A stretch of DNA of 64,000 bases from Pelagomonas calceolata. Taxonomy: Eukaryota. Both the position numbers and the translations under genes were made by a program. The stretch's first letter is position 1. Each line of letters begins with the position of its first letter. The stretch spans positions 1,054,001-1,118,000 of the forward strand of contig CAKKNE010000002.1 of assembly GCA_918797485.1 (NCBI GenBank), read 5' to 3'. Of the stretch, positions 20,681-31,547 are shown piece by piece. The notes beneath the pieces were generated by a model. That model saw only the letters and a list, made by a program, of their open reading frames with translations. It did not search any database and had not been told where the DNA came from.

Positions 20681-22584
20681 ATGCGGCGCCAAAAGCTCGT
20701 CGCAGTGCTGCTGCTGGTGGCCCACACTCAGCACTGCACCGCACTGCTGGCACCGCAAGCGGCACGCAAAACCGCACCGCTGCGAGCCGTACGCATCGAA
20801 GGCCTCCTCGACGAAGACGTAATCAGCAAGCGAACAAATACGCACCGCTGCCTCAAGGAGCTGCGGAAAAGGGGCGCCGTCGCCGACGCCCTCGCAACAA
20901 ATGCAGTAGTAAAATCCCAATTCGGCGACCCCCTCGCGACGGGCGCCGAGGACGCCATCAAAATCAACAACGTGCTAGCCCAGGCGATCACGGAGACGGA
21001 TGCTCCCGACTACAATGGCGTGAACGCCACGCAGAGCTGGCGCCTCAAGCGCGGCCCGCTGCGGCTCGAAGGACTGACGAAAGTCAGCTTCGATAATGAT
21101 GGATGCGCTTCAATAATAGAGCTGGGCGTCTCGAACGTCAACGGGCTGGAAGTGGACGCGACGAGCGCGCAGGCGCGGCAGGCCCTCGTCGGTTTTTTGG
21201 GCGGCGCCTCCTCCGAGCGCTACAACGCCGTCGCGGACTTCGGCCAGCGGGCTTTGGCGACGACGCTGGGGCTCGTCTCGACCGCCTCGACGACAGATGA
21301 GGAGGACTCGAGCAGCGAGGGGCCGTGTGGAAATCAACCAGTTCCGGGGACGACGTCGCGTCGATGGCGTGGGGCGCCCGAAATTTGATTGCCACACAGG
21401 CGAAGAGGCGGCGCCGAACTCGTCGAAGCTCGGCGACGCGGCCTTCGACGCCTACGTTACAATCGACGCGACGGCGCGCGGCGCCCTGGCGTCGCTCGAC
21501 TTAGCGTTGGGCCGCGACGATGCCGCCGCGGACGCGGCCGCGCGCGACGCGTGTTCGCCAAACCTCCGAGTGTACGGGTTGGCCGGCGAGGAGGTCGCGG
21601 GTTTGGATGGCGACCTCGACGCCGTTTTAAGGACGTTGCGGGCGGCTCGCGGCGCTCGTTCGACACTAGAGAGCACGAACGCCCTCGAGACGACGACGGC
21701 GTCCGTGCGGAAAGCAAAAGCCGACGTCGAGGCCCGCTGCCTCGAAGCGACGGTGGTAATCAAGGCGGTACCGTCGCCGGGCGGCGCCTTCCTCGCGGCG
21801 GCGCTCGGCTTGAGCAACGCGACGGTCATAGAGGCCGACGTGGTGTACGACCTCGATAATCTCGCGACGGCCGTGACGCTCGAAGGTTTAAGGGTGGACG
21901 GCCGGGCGCTTGAGGCGCCCGGATTCTATAAGTGGGCCGCGGCGGCGCGCGCGGCGTTGGCCCCGGCCTGTGTGGAAATCAACAAGCTACGGAGCGTCGG
22001 CGGCGTAGGGCGCCCAAAATTTGATTTCCACACAGGCCCCGGCGGCGCCTCAAATAAAACCTGCGCCGCCACCCTCGAAGAAAATCGGCGAGCCCGACGC
22101 AGTCGCTATCCTCAGAGCGGCGGACGCGCTGCACGCGCTGCCGGACATGCTCATCGTCGGCGGATTAAGTGTAGACGCGTGGCTGGACCGCGCCGGTGTC
22201 GCGGAGGGCGTCGTCGCGACGGCCGGCCCTGCGCCCTTATTCCGCGGGCGGCGCGCGCTCGGCGACTCACTAAGGGCGGCCAAGGCGCTGCTGGCGCTGG
22301 GGCCGACGGCGACGTGCGCCGTCGAGCGCGTGTCGATCGAGAGGGACCGCTCGCTTACGGTAAAGATGACGCTGGCGCGGCCGGCCCTGCCGGATATTGT
22401 GTTGGTCGTGCGGCTGACCGTGGACGGCTCCATTAATGCAGTCGACACGACGTCGGTGACCGTCGGCGGCGCGGAGCTCTCGCCGAAGGCGCTGACGGAC
22501 GCGCTCGACCGCGCGCGGGCGCTGGCGACGGCGCGGCGGGACCTGGCGTCGCTCTTCTCCTCCCGGGGGGGCGGCGGGGATTAA
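20681..22584 (+). CDS. Probable plastid-targeted hypothetical protein; exons 20681-21314, 21400-21959, 22036-22584
   Basis: Signal plus transit-like N-terminus. Removing two introners joins three listed ORFs in frame (DSSS|EEAAP and AAL|APAAPQ). Confidence 0.75.
21315..21399 (+). mobile_element. Introner element intron (85 bp, GC-AG)
   Basis: CCGTGTGGAAATC / GATTGCCACACAG ends, duplication GCGAGGGG vs GCGAAGAG. Confidence 0.88.
21960..22035 (+). mobile_element. Introner element intron (76 bp, GC-AG), youngest-looking copy
   Basis: Perfect 13-bp inverted ends CTGTGTGGAAATC / GATTTCCACACAG and a perfect 8-bp duplication GCCCCGGC (21960-21967, 22036-22043). Confidence 0.92.
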
Positions 22585-22652
22585 CTTGTTGGTTGTGTGT
22601 AAATCGTCGTTAGGTGCTAGGAATGTGAGGCACAGTGTTTACAAAATCACAT

Positions 22653-22676
22653 GCTAGTGTCTTACAAGCCGCTAGC
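22653..22676. promoter_or_regulatory. Motif P copy (reverse)
   Basis: GCTAGTGTCTTACAAGCCGCTAGC, 186 bp upstream of ATG 22862. Confidence 0.6.
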
Positions 22677-22861
22677 TATCACAGCCGCCCGCTTTGCATT
22701 TTAAGCACAAGGCTGCGCTACGCAGCGGCACGTCGATTAGCGATTTGAATCCGCGAAACAAGTGCCAAGACCAAATTTGCCAGCAAACGCGTCGTAAGAG
22801 CGCGCCCTGGGAGCAAATTTGCTCTTTTGAACTGAAAGACCAAGAGCTGCTGCGCGAATCG

Positions 22862-25800
22862 ATGGAGGCCCTGGTCAACTCCCTCGACACCGCCGCGCTG
22901 TCGCGCGAGCAGCTCGAGGCCGAGGTGACCAGGCTGCGGTCCGAGAACGGCCAGCTGCGGATGGACACCGACGATCCCTTCCAGCTCCTGCGCGATTTAC
23001 CAGAAGACGAACCGCGGCCGTCGCCATCGAAATTTAATAGAGGCAAGGCCAGCGCGTCCGGCGAGCGGCGCGCGAGCACCGCGCGCCGCGAGCCCCTCGG
23101 ACCGCCACCGCCGCGCCGCGGCACGCTCGACATCACGAAGTTCTTCGCCCCCGACGAGGCGGCGCGCTACCGCCGGTGCGCCGACAAGGGCGCCGCCGAG
23201 GCCGCCGTGCGAGCGGCTCGAGCCGCGGAGAAGGAACGCGCGAAGCCGCCCGACGTCATCGGGGAGTGGGCGGCGCGCCACCCCAGCAGCGGTGAGATCG
23301 CCCAATTAGGTGGAGAGATGGTCGCGGCCGTTAGCCGAGGCACGACGTCATTACCCCTGGACCAGCTCGTGCAGATGGGCTTTGAGCGAGGAGCGGCGGC
23401 CGCAACTTTAGTTGCTTGTAGTAATGATGTGGCCCAGGCCGCTACTCTGTTGACTGAGGCTTCTGAAATGGCACGTATAAAAAGGGAGGAGCATCTGCGG
23501 CGCGATAAGACGTGGCGCAAGCGTGGGCAGTACGAAGCCAAACAGGCGGGCCTCGACCACAAGGGCCCGCAGCATGTCGCTGCTCTCGCATTAACACAGC
23601 CGACGATCCCTCTGGCATTGCTGGAGGCGCCGTCCGTGGACTGCGTCTGGGACTTTATTGAACAGACGAATCAGGAGTACGACCGGCTGCACGAGGCTTA
23701 TGAGCGGCAGTTCTGGGGCGAGCGCATGGCTCTGTCGTCGTCAGACTACTCTCCTGAGAATGAGTCTGCTTCAAAGGAGGCCCTGGAGGCCTTCTTACGA
23801 GATTCTGATCGATTAGCGAAGTGCCATTCACTAAAAGAGGGCCTGTTCACGACGGAGAGACAGAAAAGAATACTAGACGGCTTCGTGCGCGTCTTTGATG
23901 CTTACCAGATGGACCCGGCCGCTGTGAGCATGAGAAGCGACTGCGTGCCTCTGGAACGGGCGCTCACGGAGGCCCGCAAAGCATTAATACTTTCGGTCGA
24001 CGGCCCGAAGTCGGCGCCGCAACTACGGACTCTGTTAAGGACGTCTGCCGATGAGAACACGAGGGAACGGGCCTGGAAGGAACTGCGGAAGGTCGGGCCC
24101 TGTATTGCGGACGGATTGTGCGCGTTAGTAAAAAGACGCAATGCGATGGCGCGCGCGCTCGGCTTCGAAGATTTTTACGACTACAAGGTCTCAAAAACTG
24201 AAGGCTTCGGGAAAAAGAAATTGTTCGGCATGTTGGACGCGTTGAGAGACGGCACCACTACTCTCAATGATCGAGCTAGAGCGTCACTATCCGAAGATGA
24301 TAGGAAGCCGTGGAACGTTTCGCGAGCAACTTCTGGAGACGAGGCGCAACTAGACGCCTACTTCCCCTTCGGCAAGGCGCTGGAGGCCTGGGGGCGTTCC
24401 TTCGCCCAGATGGGTATTCGGTATAGGGGGAGTACGATGACCCTAGATCTACTAGAAAGACAAAACAAGTACAGTAATGGCTTCTGCCACTGGCCTCGCT
24501 GTGCTTACGTGCGACGCGACCATTCGTTACGACCCTCGTCCACGAACTTCACGTCGTTGTGTGATCCTCTGCAGACCGGCTCCGGTAGAGTAGCGTTGAA
24601 GACGCGCGTGCCGGTGTGGAAATCAACCAGTGAGTCAGGTTGTCTTCGCGTCGACGGCGTCTGAGCGTCGTCGAGCCCTCCACGCCATCGACGCGACGTG
24701 TTTCCCACTTCTCGCTGAGTGAGAGCGGTCGCGTCTCGCGATCTCGGCACCGCGGCCATGTTTTCGGCTCAAACGCGGACACGACCGCCGAGCGATGCAC
24801 GCAAACCCCGAGAGACCCCGAGCTGAAGCTTGAACTCACGCAGGCTCATGCACGAGGCCGGCCACGCCGCGCACTTCGCGAACGTCGCGCAGGAGTCTCC
24901 TTTATTTGCGCAGGAACGAGCACCAACATCAATAGCCTACGCCGAAACCCAAGCCATGTTCCTGGATTCTCTTGTGAGTGACGCGTCGTGGCGGTGTCGA
25001 TACGCCCTCAATGCGAGTGGTGAGCGCTTACCCTTTGCGTTGCACGAGGCCGATCTACGCTCAAGGCACCCGTACCAAGTGTTTCAGCTGCGAGCGTTGC
25101 TGGCGGTACCCTACTTCGAGAAGGCGCTCTACGAGCACGCTGATTTGACGCCGGAATCCATCATAGCATTGGCCGATCAGGTCGAGCATGACATCGTCGG
25201 CGGCTTGGCCCCGCGACCGCTCCTCAGCGTGCCGCACATTCTGAGGGATGAGTCGTCGTGTTATTACCACGGTTATGTATTGGCCGAGATGGCCGTGCAG
25301 CAAACGCGAAGACACTTTGGGAGTAGTATCGTGGACAACCCGTCGGTCGGCGAAGCGCTCACGCAAGCTTATTGGAGGCCCGGCAACACGGCGGACTTTT
25401 TTGAGTTAGTAGAGAAATTGACGCATGAACCGTTATCTGGTAATGCGTGGATTAGCTCATTGAATAGGGACGTGGATGAATTAGTGGCGAGCGAGCGCCG
25501 AGCGTACGATGACGCTATCGTCACAAGAGAGGACGTCGACCTAGATATGAGGATTCGGATTGTGGACGGCGATGATGTCATAGCGGACTCGGACGAGTGC
25601 GGTTCATTTCTAGCGACGTGTCGAGTCTTCGAGGCGTACCTCGAGAAAAGGTATGGCGATGGTATGGATAGAGGTCATGTTATGAAGGAGACAATTGTAC
25701 AAAGAGAGGAAGTCCCTGTGGAAGAGCCGCGCCGCAAACGAAGTGCAGCAATAGCGTGGGGCCTCGACAGGCCCGACAAGGCGTCGGTCATCATCACGAA

Positions 25801-27283
25801 GGTTGGGTATGACATGGTCGAGTCCTTTCATATCGAAATGACGGAAGGCGACACGCTCGAGCAAGGTGGAAGGATCAAGGGTGAGACCGTTTCAAGTGTA
25901 AAGCCGTTCCGGGCGTATAAGCGACCGAAGCCGACGGATCGGACGGAGTGGACGCGCTGGAATAATGATCAGGAACTTCTGATCGGGCGGGGCGAGGACA
26001 CCCAACCGGAGGAGTGGCGCTTTAAGTTTGCCTGGCGCGGGTGCGACTTTGTGGTGGCGGGGCCGTCCTGTCTCGATCGAAGGAGGAAGAAGTTTCAAGA
26101 GGACAGTGAGAAGAAGCGGCTGAGGGCATTGCCGAAACGCATCAGAACGCTGGGCGACGCCGCTACCGACGCGTTTCTCAACGGCGATATGCAACGGGCC
26201 GCGGACTTGAGGACCGTCCGGTCTTCACTGGTCGAGGAACATGCTTCCCTGAAGGAGAAGCACCCCTCCGACAAGCTCCTCAAAAAACTGAAAGCAATAA
26301 ATGCGCGCATCGACATGGTCTCGAAACCGATTGGGGGCGCCGTCAAGGGTGGGTACGGGGATCAGGCCCGTTTTTGTGGAAGATCTCTCTTACCGTTGTT
26401 CGACGAACGGGACAAGCTCGAGGGCCAGCTCGCGGAGCGCCTCGGGTTAAAAAGAAAGATCCCGGAACTTCGCGACCGAAGTGGACTCGAGGCGAAAATG
26501 GCGTCGGACGGCTGGACGACGGAGGAATCGATGAGGGAAGATAATGGGCGCGTCGACCGCTTCTACCTGTCGCCGAGCGGCGGCAAGAAGCTGCGGTCGA
26601 TCCTGGAGGTCGCGCGCCACGCCTACCCGGAATTTCTCGTGGAGCCGGTCAAGAGCGACGAGGGCGGCCCGGCCCTCTGGCACGGCCGCGCGGGCCCCGT
26701 CGTGCCTTTGGCTGCGCCGGCGGTGCCCCAGGGCGGCCGCGTGCGCAAGCAGCCGCGGCTCCAGACGGGGCCGGCGCCCGCCCAACTGCGCCTCGCGACG
26801 CGCCAGGGCGGCGTCGCCCTGGGGCCGGCCACGGCCCTGCCGGCGTGGCGCGAGGCGGGCCTGCTGCGGACGGCTTCTGGGTATAACCCGCTCGTCCGCC
26901 TGCCCAAGAGCGTGCTGCCGAAGAGCCTCTTCCCTTCCGTAGAACTGCCTCCATCAAAGTGGCGGCCGGGCATGCGCGTCGTCGTTCCCGCGCGGGCCTT
27001 CGGCGAGGAGTGGGCTTTGGAAAACCCGGGCGACTACCCCGGGACGATCGTGGAGCTCGACGAGGAGTGCGCCGCGGGGCGGACGTGGCTCGTCGACTAC
27101 GAGGACGGGCCGACCTCGACGGACGAGGCCTTCTTCGTCGAGGCGCCGTCGCCGATGGAGGAGGACGAGGCCTCCGAGGCGCCGGCCGCGCCGCCGGACC
27201 CCGCGTACCAGGACCTCCCGCTCTGCCGCGACGAGGGGGAGGCGCTGCTGCGCGGCGCGCTCCAGGATTTGATGGAATTGTAA
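22862..27283 (+). CDS. UBA + M3-family zinc oligopeptidase + MBD-like + Tudor-like fusion; exons 22862-24603, 24844-27283
   Basis: UBA LDQLVQMGFERGAAAATLVACSNDVAQAATLL. Spliced ALKT|LMHEAGHAAH (HExxH), AETQAMFLD and YYHGYVLA are M3 peptidase motifs. GWTTE...RVDRFYLSPSGGKKLRSILEVARH is MBD-like and WRPGMRV...YPGTIV...WLVDYEDG is Tudor-like. Confidence 0.8.
24604..24843 (+). mobile_element. Introner element intron (240 bp, GC-AG)
   Basis: CGGTGTGGAAATCAACCAGTGAGTCA start shared with the 46127 element, duplication GCGCGTGC vs GCTCATGC. It contains an in-frame stop and sits just before the HExxH motif. The 3' inverted end is decayed. Confidence 0.85.
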
Positions 27284-27285
27284 TG

Positions 27286-28769
27286 TTATGTGGAGATACT
27301 TAGCATCGCGCTCGCGGGCGCGACCACTCCCTCTCCCCAGCCGACCTCGCCGACGCCCGGCACGCAGGAGTACTGCTTCGCGACGTAGGGCGGCAGCATG
27401 TGCGTCAGGTCCGGCCGCCGCGGATTCACGTCGTAGAACGCAGACCAGCCGCACCGGTAGCGCGGCACGAAGGCGCCGCCCTCTCCGAGGAGCAGCGGCG
27501 CCGGCGCGACCGGAAACGGGGTGCACGGCGGGCACGTGTCGCGGTCGGGCGCGTCCGCGGGGCAGCAGACGGCGGCGACGGTAGTGAGCCGGTCGCGGCG
27601 CTCCCGCGGATAAGCCAGGCACGCCTGGACGTAGCGCACGCCATCTATAGTAGCATCCCAGCCGAAGTGCGTGTGGCCGAAGACGTGCACGTCCGGCTGC
27701 AGGCGCGCGACGCGCCGCTCGAGGAACGTCGAGCCCACGGCCTTCGCGAGCGCCGGCACGAACAGGTACCGCTTCTCAGGAACTAATTCAGGGCGCGGGA
27801 CGAAGTGCGAGAAGGTCACGAGCGGCAGTGAGGGATGTGCCCGGCGCAGCGCGGCGATGGCGCCATCATCGTTGCGCGCGTCCAGGGCCTCCGCGACCGA
27901 GTCATCCGTTTGCGAGAGGCCTGTGCATAAATCAAAATTTCACGGCGCGTTCCACGCCATCGACGCGACGCCTGCTCGATGGCGTGGCGATGCCGGTTCC
28001 CCATTGCTCGACGGAGCCAACACGGCCGCGTCATCGCCGAGAAGTGCACCCGACACACTGGCTGATTTCCACACAGAGACAGACCCGGGAACTTGCAGAG
28101 GTAAAAGTCCGAGATAACCTGGGATGCGGGCGGCAGGCCCGCCCAGCCCGTCACCTCGGGCTCGCGGTCGAAGGCCGCGTGGTGCCAGGCGCAGAGCGGC
28201 GCGACCACACAACCGCCCATGATGGCTGGTGTGCGGCGCACGCCGAGCTCGTCGCACAGAGCGTCGACCGCTCGCAATTTGCTGAGCGAGTCGGCCCAGG
28301 GCTCGCCGCGCGTGACCCAGACGTCGTGGTTGCCCGGGACAAAACTCACGTCAGCGAAGGCGCGCTTGCACAGTTGTAACGTCTCCCTTAGAATCGAGAA
28401 GCGCGACGACACGTCGCCGGCCAAGATGAGGCCGTCCCGTCGCAAGTCCGTCCTTGAACACATACGTTTTAACCAGTCCAGGTTCTCCCCATGGTCCGTG
28501 TGCACGTCGGAGAGGGCCCAGAGCCGCGGCGGCGGCTCCGGACCGGCTTCCGGCGGCGGGGGCGGCGGCAGATCAACTGGCGCGTCGGCGAGGCACTTCG
28601 CCGACGCCCAGCCTTTCAACGGCGCCAGCACTTCCCGCCGCGCGACGCCGTCGTGGAACGCGGACTCGCCGCAAGTCAGCACCGTCCCCTTCGGCAGCTC
28701 GCCTATGACGTCGGACGCCAACGAAGGCCCCGCTCGGACCAGCGCCGCCTTGTTCTTCACGATCAGCAT
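27286..28769 (-). CDS. SH3-like + calcineurin-like metallophosphoesterase; exons 28769-28085, 27920-27286
   Basis: SDVH, LAGD, PGNHD, FSHF and FGHTH motifs. N-terminal VRAG...GELPKG...GWAS is an SH3b-like module. Spliced join FPG|LSQTDDS. Confidence 0.88.
27921..28084 (-). mobile_element. Introner element intron (164 bp, GT-AG)
   Basis: Ends CTGTGTGGAAATC / GATTTATGCACAG, duplication GTCTGTCT vs GCCTCTCG. Same subfamily as 9390-9601 but in the opposite orientation relative to its host gene. Confidence 0.9.
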
Positions 28770-29041
28770 CACTTCCTCGGTTGGGCATCGGGCGCCTCCG
28801 GATCGCCCCCGGGAACCATCATGGCCACGTTGTTGCCATTCAACAAAATCTGGTCGAGTTTTGTTTTTTCCCGACCGCGCGCCGTCACGACGTACTCCGT
28901 CACATCATCTAAGACCATATTAACAAATTCGTCGAAGCCGCGCAACGTACCCACCACTTCCTTGTCGCCCTTCATGATGACCCAGATCCTAGAACCGATG
29001 CACTTGTCTACCAACTCGAGGGGGAGGAGGCGGCCGGCCAT
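28769..29041 (-). CDS. LSM5: U6 snRNA-associated Sm-like protein LSm5
   Basis: [46 protein letters not shown]...[18 protein letters not shown]. Confidence 0.97.
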   Translation of the reverse strand: MAGRLLPLELVDKCIGSRIWVIMKGDKEVVGTLRGFDEFVNMVLDDVTEYVVTARGREKTKLDQILLNGNNVAMMVPGGDPEAPDAQPRK

Positions 29042-29237
29042 TTTTTTGTCGTTTGTGGCGTGTTTGGTGCGGCGCGGCTGTCGAGATGTTGTCGCTGCTG
29101 CTGGATTGGTGCGGCGCAGCGCTTGTGGAGATGCCGTGGCGTGCTGTGGGCAACGCTGTCAGTCTGTCAAAGGCACGAGTGGTGCACGTAGCGCGTCGTA
29201 TTCGCTGGCGCGGCAATTTGGTCCCAGGAGGCTTTTT

Positions 29238-29259
29238 GCTAGTGTCTTTCAACGCTAGC
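29238..29259. promoter_or_regulatory. Motif P copy (reverse, variant)
   Basis: GCTAGTGTCTTTCAACGCTAGC, 197 bp upstream of the LSM5 ATG. Confidence 0.55.
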
Positions 29260-29331
29260 CGCGCGCACGTACTCGGGTTTCCAACGCCATCGACGCGAAG
29301 GAATCCACACACAGCCACCACAAAAAAACAC

Positions 29332-30375
29332 TTACGCGCGCGCCGCGTCCTTCCCCGCGTACCACTCGGCCTCGGCCGCGGCCTTCTTCCGGTGCCTCTT
29401 CAGTAATTGCTCCCGTCGACTTTCGACGCGCGCCGCGAGCGTCGATGAATTCAGAGGCGACGGCGAGGCGACCTTGCGCGCCTTGTCGCCCGCACCGGGC
29501 GGCGCGGTGCCGCCGTGGCACACTGTAGAAACGCGGAACGTCGACAACAGCTCCGGCGTGATGTTTAAGGGAGCGTCGATCAGCACGTCGTCGACGTGGC
29601 GGCAGGCCAAGACACTGAGGACGCGTTCCTGCAGGTTCATGAGCGGCAATCGATGACGTCTCTCTTTTACACATTCATCCCCATGGACACCCACCAACAG
29701 GTAATCGCCACATGCTCGACAGGCCTCGAGGAATTTTGAATGGCCGGGGTGGAAGAGGTCCCAGGCGCCGGCCACATACACTACTCTTTCCGTTGGACGA
29801 GGCGCCCGCAGGCCCTCGGAGAATGATGAAAGGATGCGCGCCGTGCCGAGGAAGGCCCGCGACGTGCCGTCCAATTTCAATAATCGACCAACTAAGTCGG
29901 TTGTGGACACGCCCTCCGTCCGCGGTATCGTTTTATACCTTCCCAGGTCCTTCGCGGCCTGGTAGACGTCCTTCCCGTCCACGATGCACGGGTCGTCGCC
30001 GTGCACGATGTAGTCGATACCCTTGTTCTCGAGCAGGTCTCTGACATACGCCTCGTTCATCACATAAGGGACATGAGGTACGACGTCGTCCACAAATTTA
30101 CAAGCTTTGACCGCGGCGCATCTTTCTTCATCTGTGAGTAAGGGTGGCGCGCCCTTCGCCTGCTCGATGGTGCTCGACGAGTTCACGCCCACGACTAGAC
30201 GCGTGCCGAGCGTGCGGCCCTGGCGGAACGCGTTCGCGTGCCCAAAATGCATCACGTCGAAGGCGCCGTCCATCCAGACGGTCGTTTCCTTTGTGGTCGA
30301 GCTTCCTAGGGCGGCGAGGGCCTGCTGCGTCTGCTCCGCGGCGTAGTCGAGCGCGTCTTGGACGAGGCTGGCCAT
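29332..30375 (-). CDS. PCYT2: Ethanolamine-phosphate cytidylyltransferase
   Basis: Two cytidylyltransferase repeats (DGAFDVMHFGHANA, GAWDLFHPGH), HGDDP and RTEGVSTTDLVGR. Confidence 0.93.
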   Translation of the reverse strand: MASLVQDALDYAAEQTQQALAALGSSTTKETTVWMDGAFDVMHFGHANAFRQGRTLGTRLVVGVNSSSTIEQAKGAPPLLTDEERCAAVKACKFVDDVVPHVPYVMNEAYVRDLLENKGIDYIVHGDDPCIVDGKDVYQAAKDLGRYKTIPRTEGVSTTDLVGRLLKLDGTSRAFLGTARILSSFSEGLRAPRPTERVVYVAGAWDLFHPGHSKFLEACRACGDYLLVGVHGDECVKERRHRLPLMNLQERVLSVLACRHVDDVLIDAPLNITPELLSTFRVSTVCHGGTAPPGAGDKARKVASPSPLNSSTLAARVESRREQLLKRHRKKAAAEAEWYAGKDAARA

Positions 30376-30514
30376 CGCTGTCTCCTGCACTGTGGTTGCA
30401 GCGATTGACGGGTGATCGCTTTCGCAGGATTGACGGAGGCGTTTGGGAGGCCAAACTTAAACCGTTGCCGAACAGTGAGCGATAAGGGCTGTCTTTTGTC
30501 CGGCTGCTGCAAAT

Positions 30515-30537
30515 GCTAGTGTCTTACAGGCCGCTAG
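30515..30537. promoter_or_regulatory. Motif P copy (reverse)
   Basis: GCTAGTGTCTTACAGGCCGCTAG between divergent PCYT2 and NHP2. Confidence 0.6.
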
Positions 30538-30861
30538 GTCGTGCTCTCTCGCCTGTTTTGCCTCAAAACCACCACCCTCGCTGCCCAATTATCGTTGCGA
30601 GTAGCCTGATACGAACCTAAGACCCAGACGAGTTTACCAGAGACGCAGCGTATTGCGCCGTGTCCGCTTTTTGGCCTTCGCTCCTGGGCTGCAGTAAGGC
30701 TGAAAGCTGCCGCGGAGGGGCTGCGGGGCCGCTTTACGCCAGCGCTGCGAAGCTACGGCACCGCGATTGAAACGCATAATCGCTGCGACGCCAGCGCTGC
30801 GGCGCTCGCGCACCGCGACGCCGTCGCCGCCGCCACGAGACACCGCGCGCAGGCACCGCCC

Positions 30862-31347
30862 ATGGGCAAGCGCAAGGCCGAGGGCGAGTCGAAGCCCAAG
30901 TCGAGCAAGAAGGAGAAGACCGACGACGACGACGAGGGAGCGCCGCCCAAGACGTACCAAGAGCGCCTCAAGGCACTGAGCCCGATCTCGTCGCCGCTCG
31001 CCGACGAGAAGCTGACCAAAAAGCTGCACAAGCTCGTGAAGAAGGCCAGTCAAGGCAAAGCTTTGAGACGGGGCGTCAAGGAGGTGGTGAAGAGCCTGCG
31101 GCAAGGCACGAAGGGCATGTGCATCCTCGCGGGCGACGTCTCGCCCGTCGACGTCATCGCCCACCTGCCCATTCTGTGCGAGGAGCAGGACGTGCCCTAC
31201 ATCTACGTGCCCTCGAAGCAGGATCTTGGCTATGCGGCTCTCACCAAACGGCCGACGTCGGTCGTGCTGGTCGCGCCGAAGGGCGGCGCGGCCTTCGAGC
31301 ACCAGGACCTCCTCGACAAGGCGATCTCGGCGGTCGGGAGCAAGTAA
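30862..31347 (+). CDS. NHP2: H/ACA snoRNP subunit NHP2 (L7Ae family)
   Basis: SPISSPLADEKLTKKL, LRRGVKEVVK, LAGDVSPVDVIAHLPILCEE and LGYAALTKRPTS. Confidence 0.93.
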   Translation: MGKRKAEGESKPKSSKKEKTDDDDEGAPPKTYQERLKALSPISSPLADEKLTKKLHKLVKKASQGKALRRGVKEVVKSLRQGTKGMCILAGDVSPVDVIAHLPILCEEQDVPYIYVPSKQDLGYAALTKRPTSVVLVAPKGGAAFEHQDLLDKAISAVGSK

Positions 31348-31547
31348 GGCTCGTTTTCTTTTACTCCTTAAAAAACCCGGGTGGTAAAATGAGTCGAGTT
31401 TTCATTCATCAGCTCGGTGCTGTCCGCAGCCGTGATTATTAGCTCGTGAAAGTGCAGGAGTTTGCGATTTTATTCATTGCTCTTGCATTTGCGCAGTGCT
31501 TGACAGCACTGCTGTGCCCTGCGAGCCCTGCAGACTGCTGCACACAT

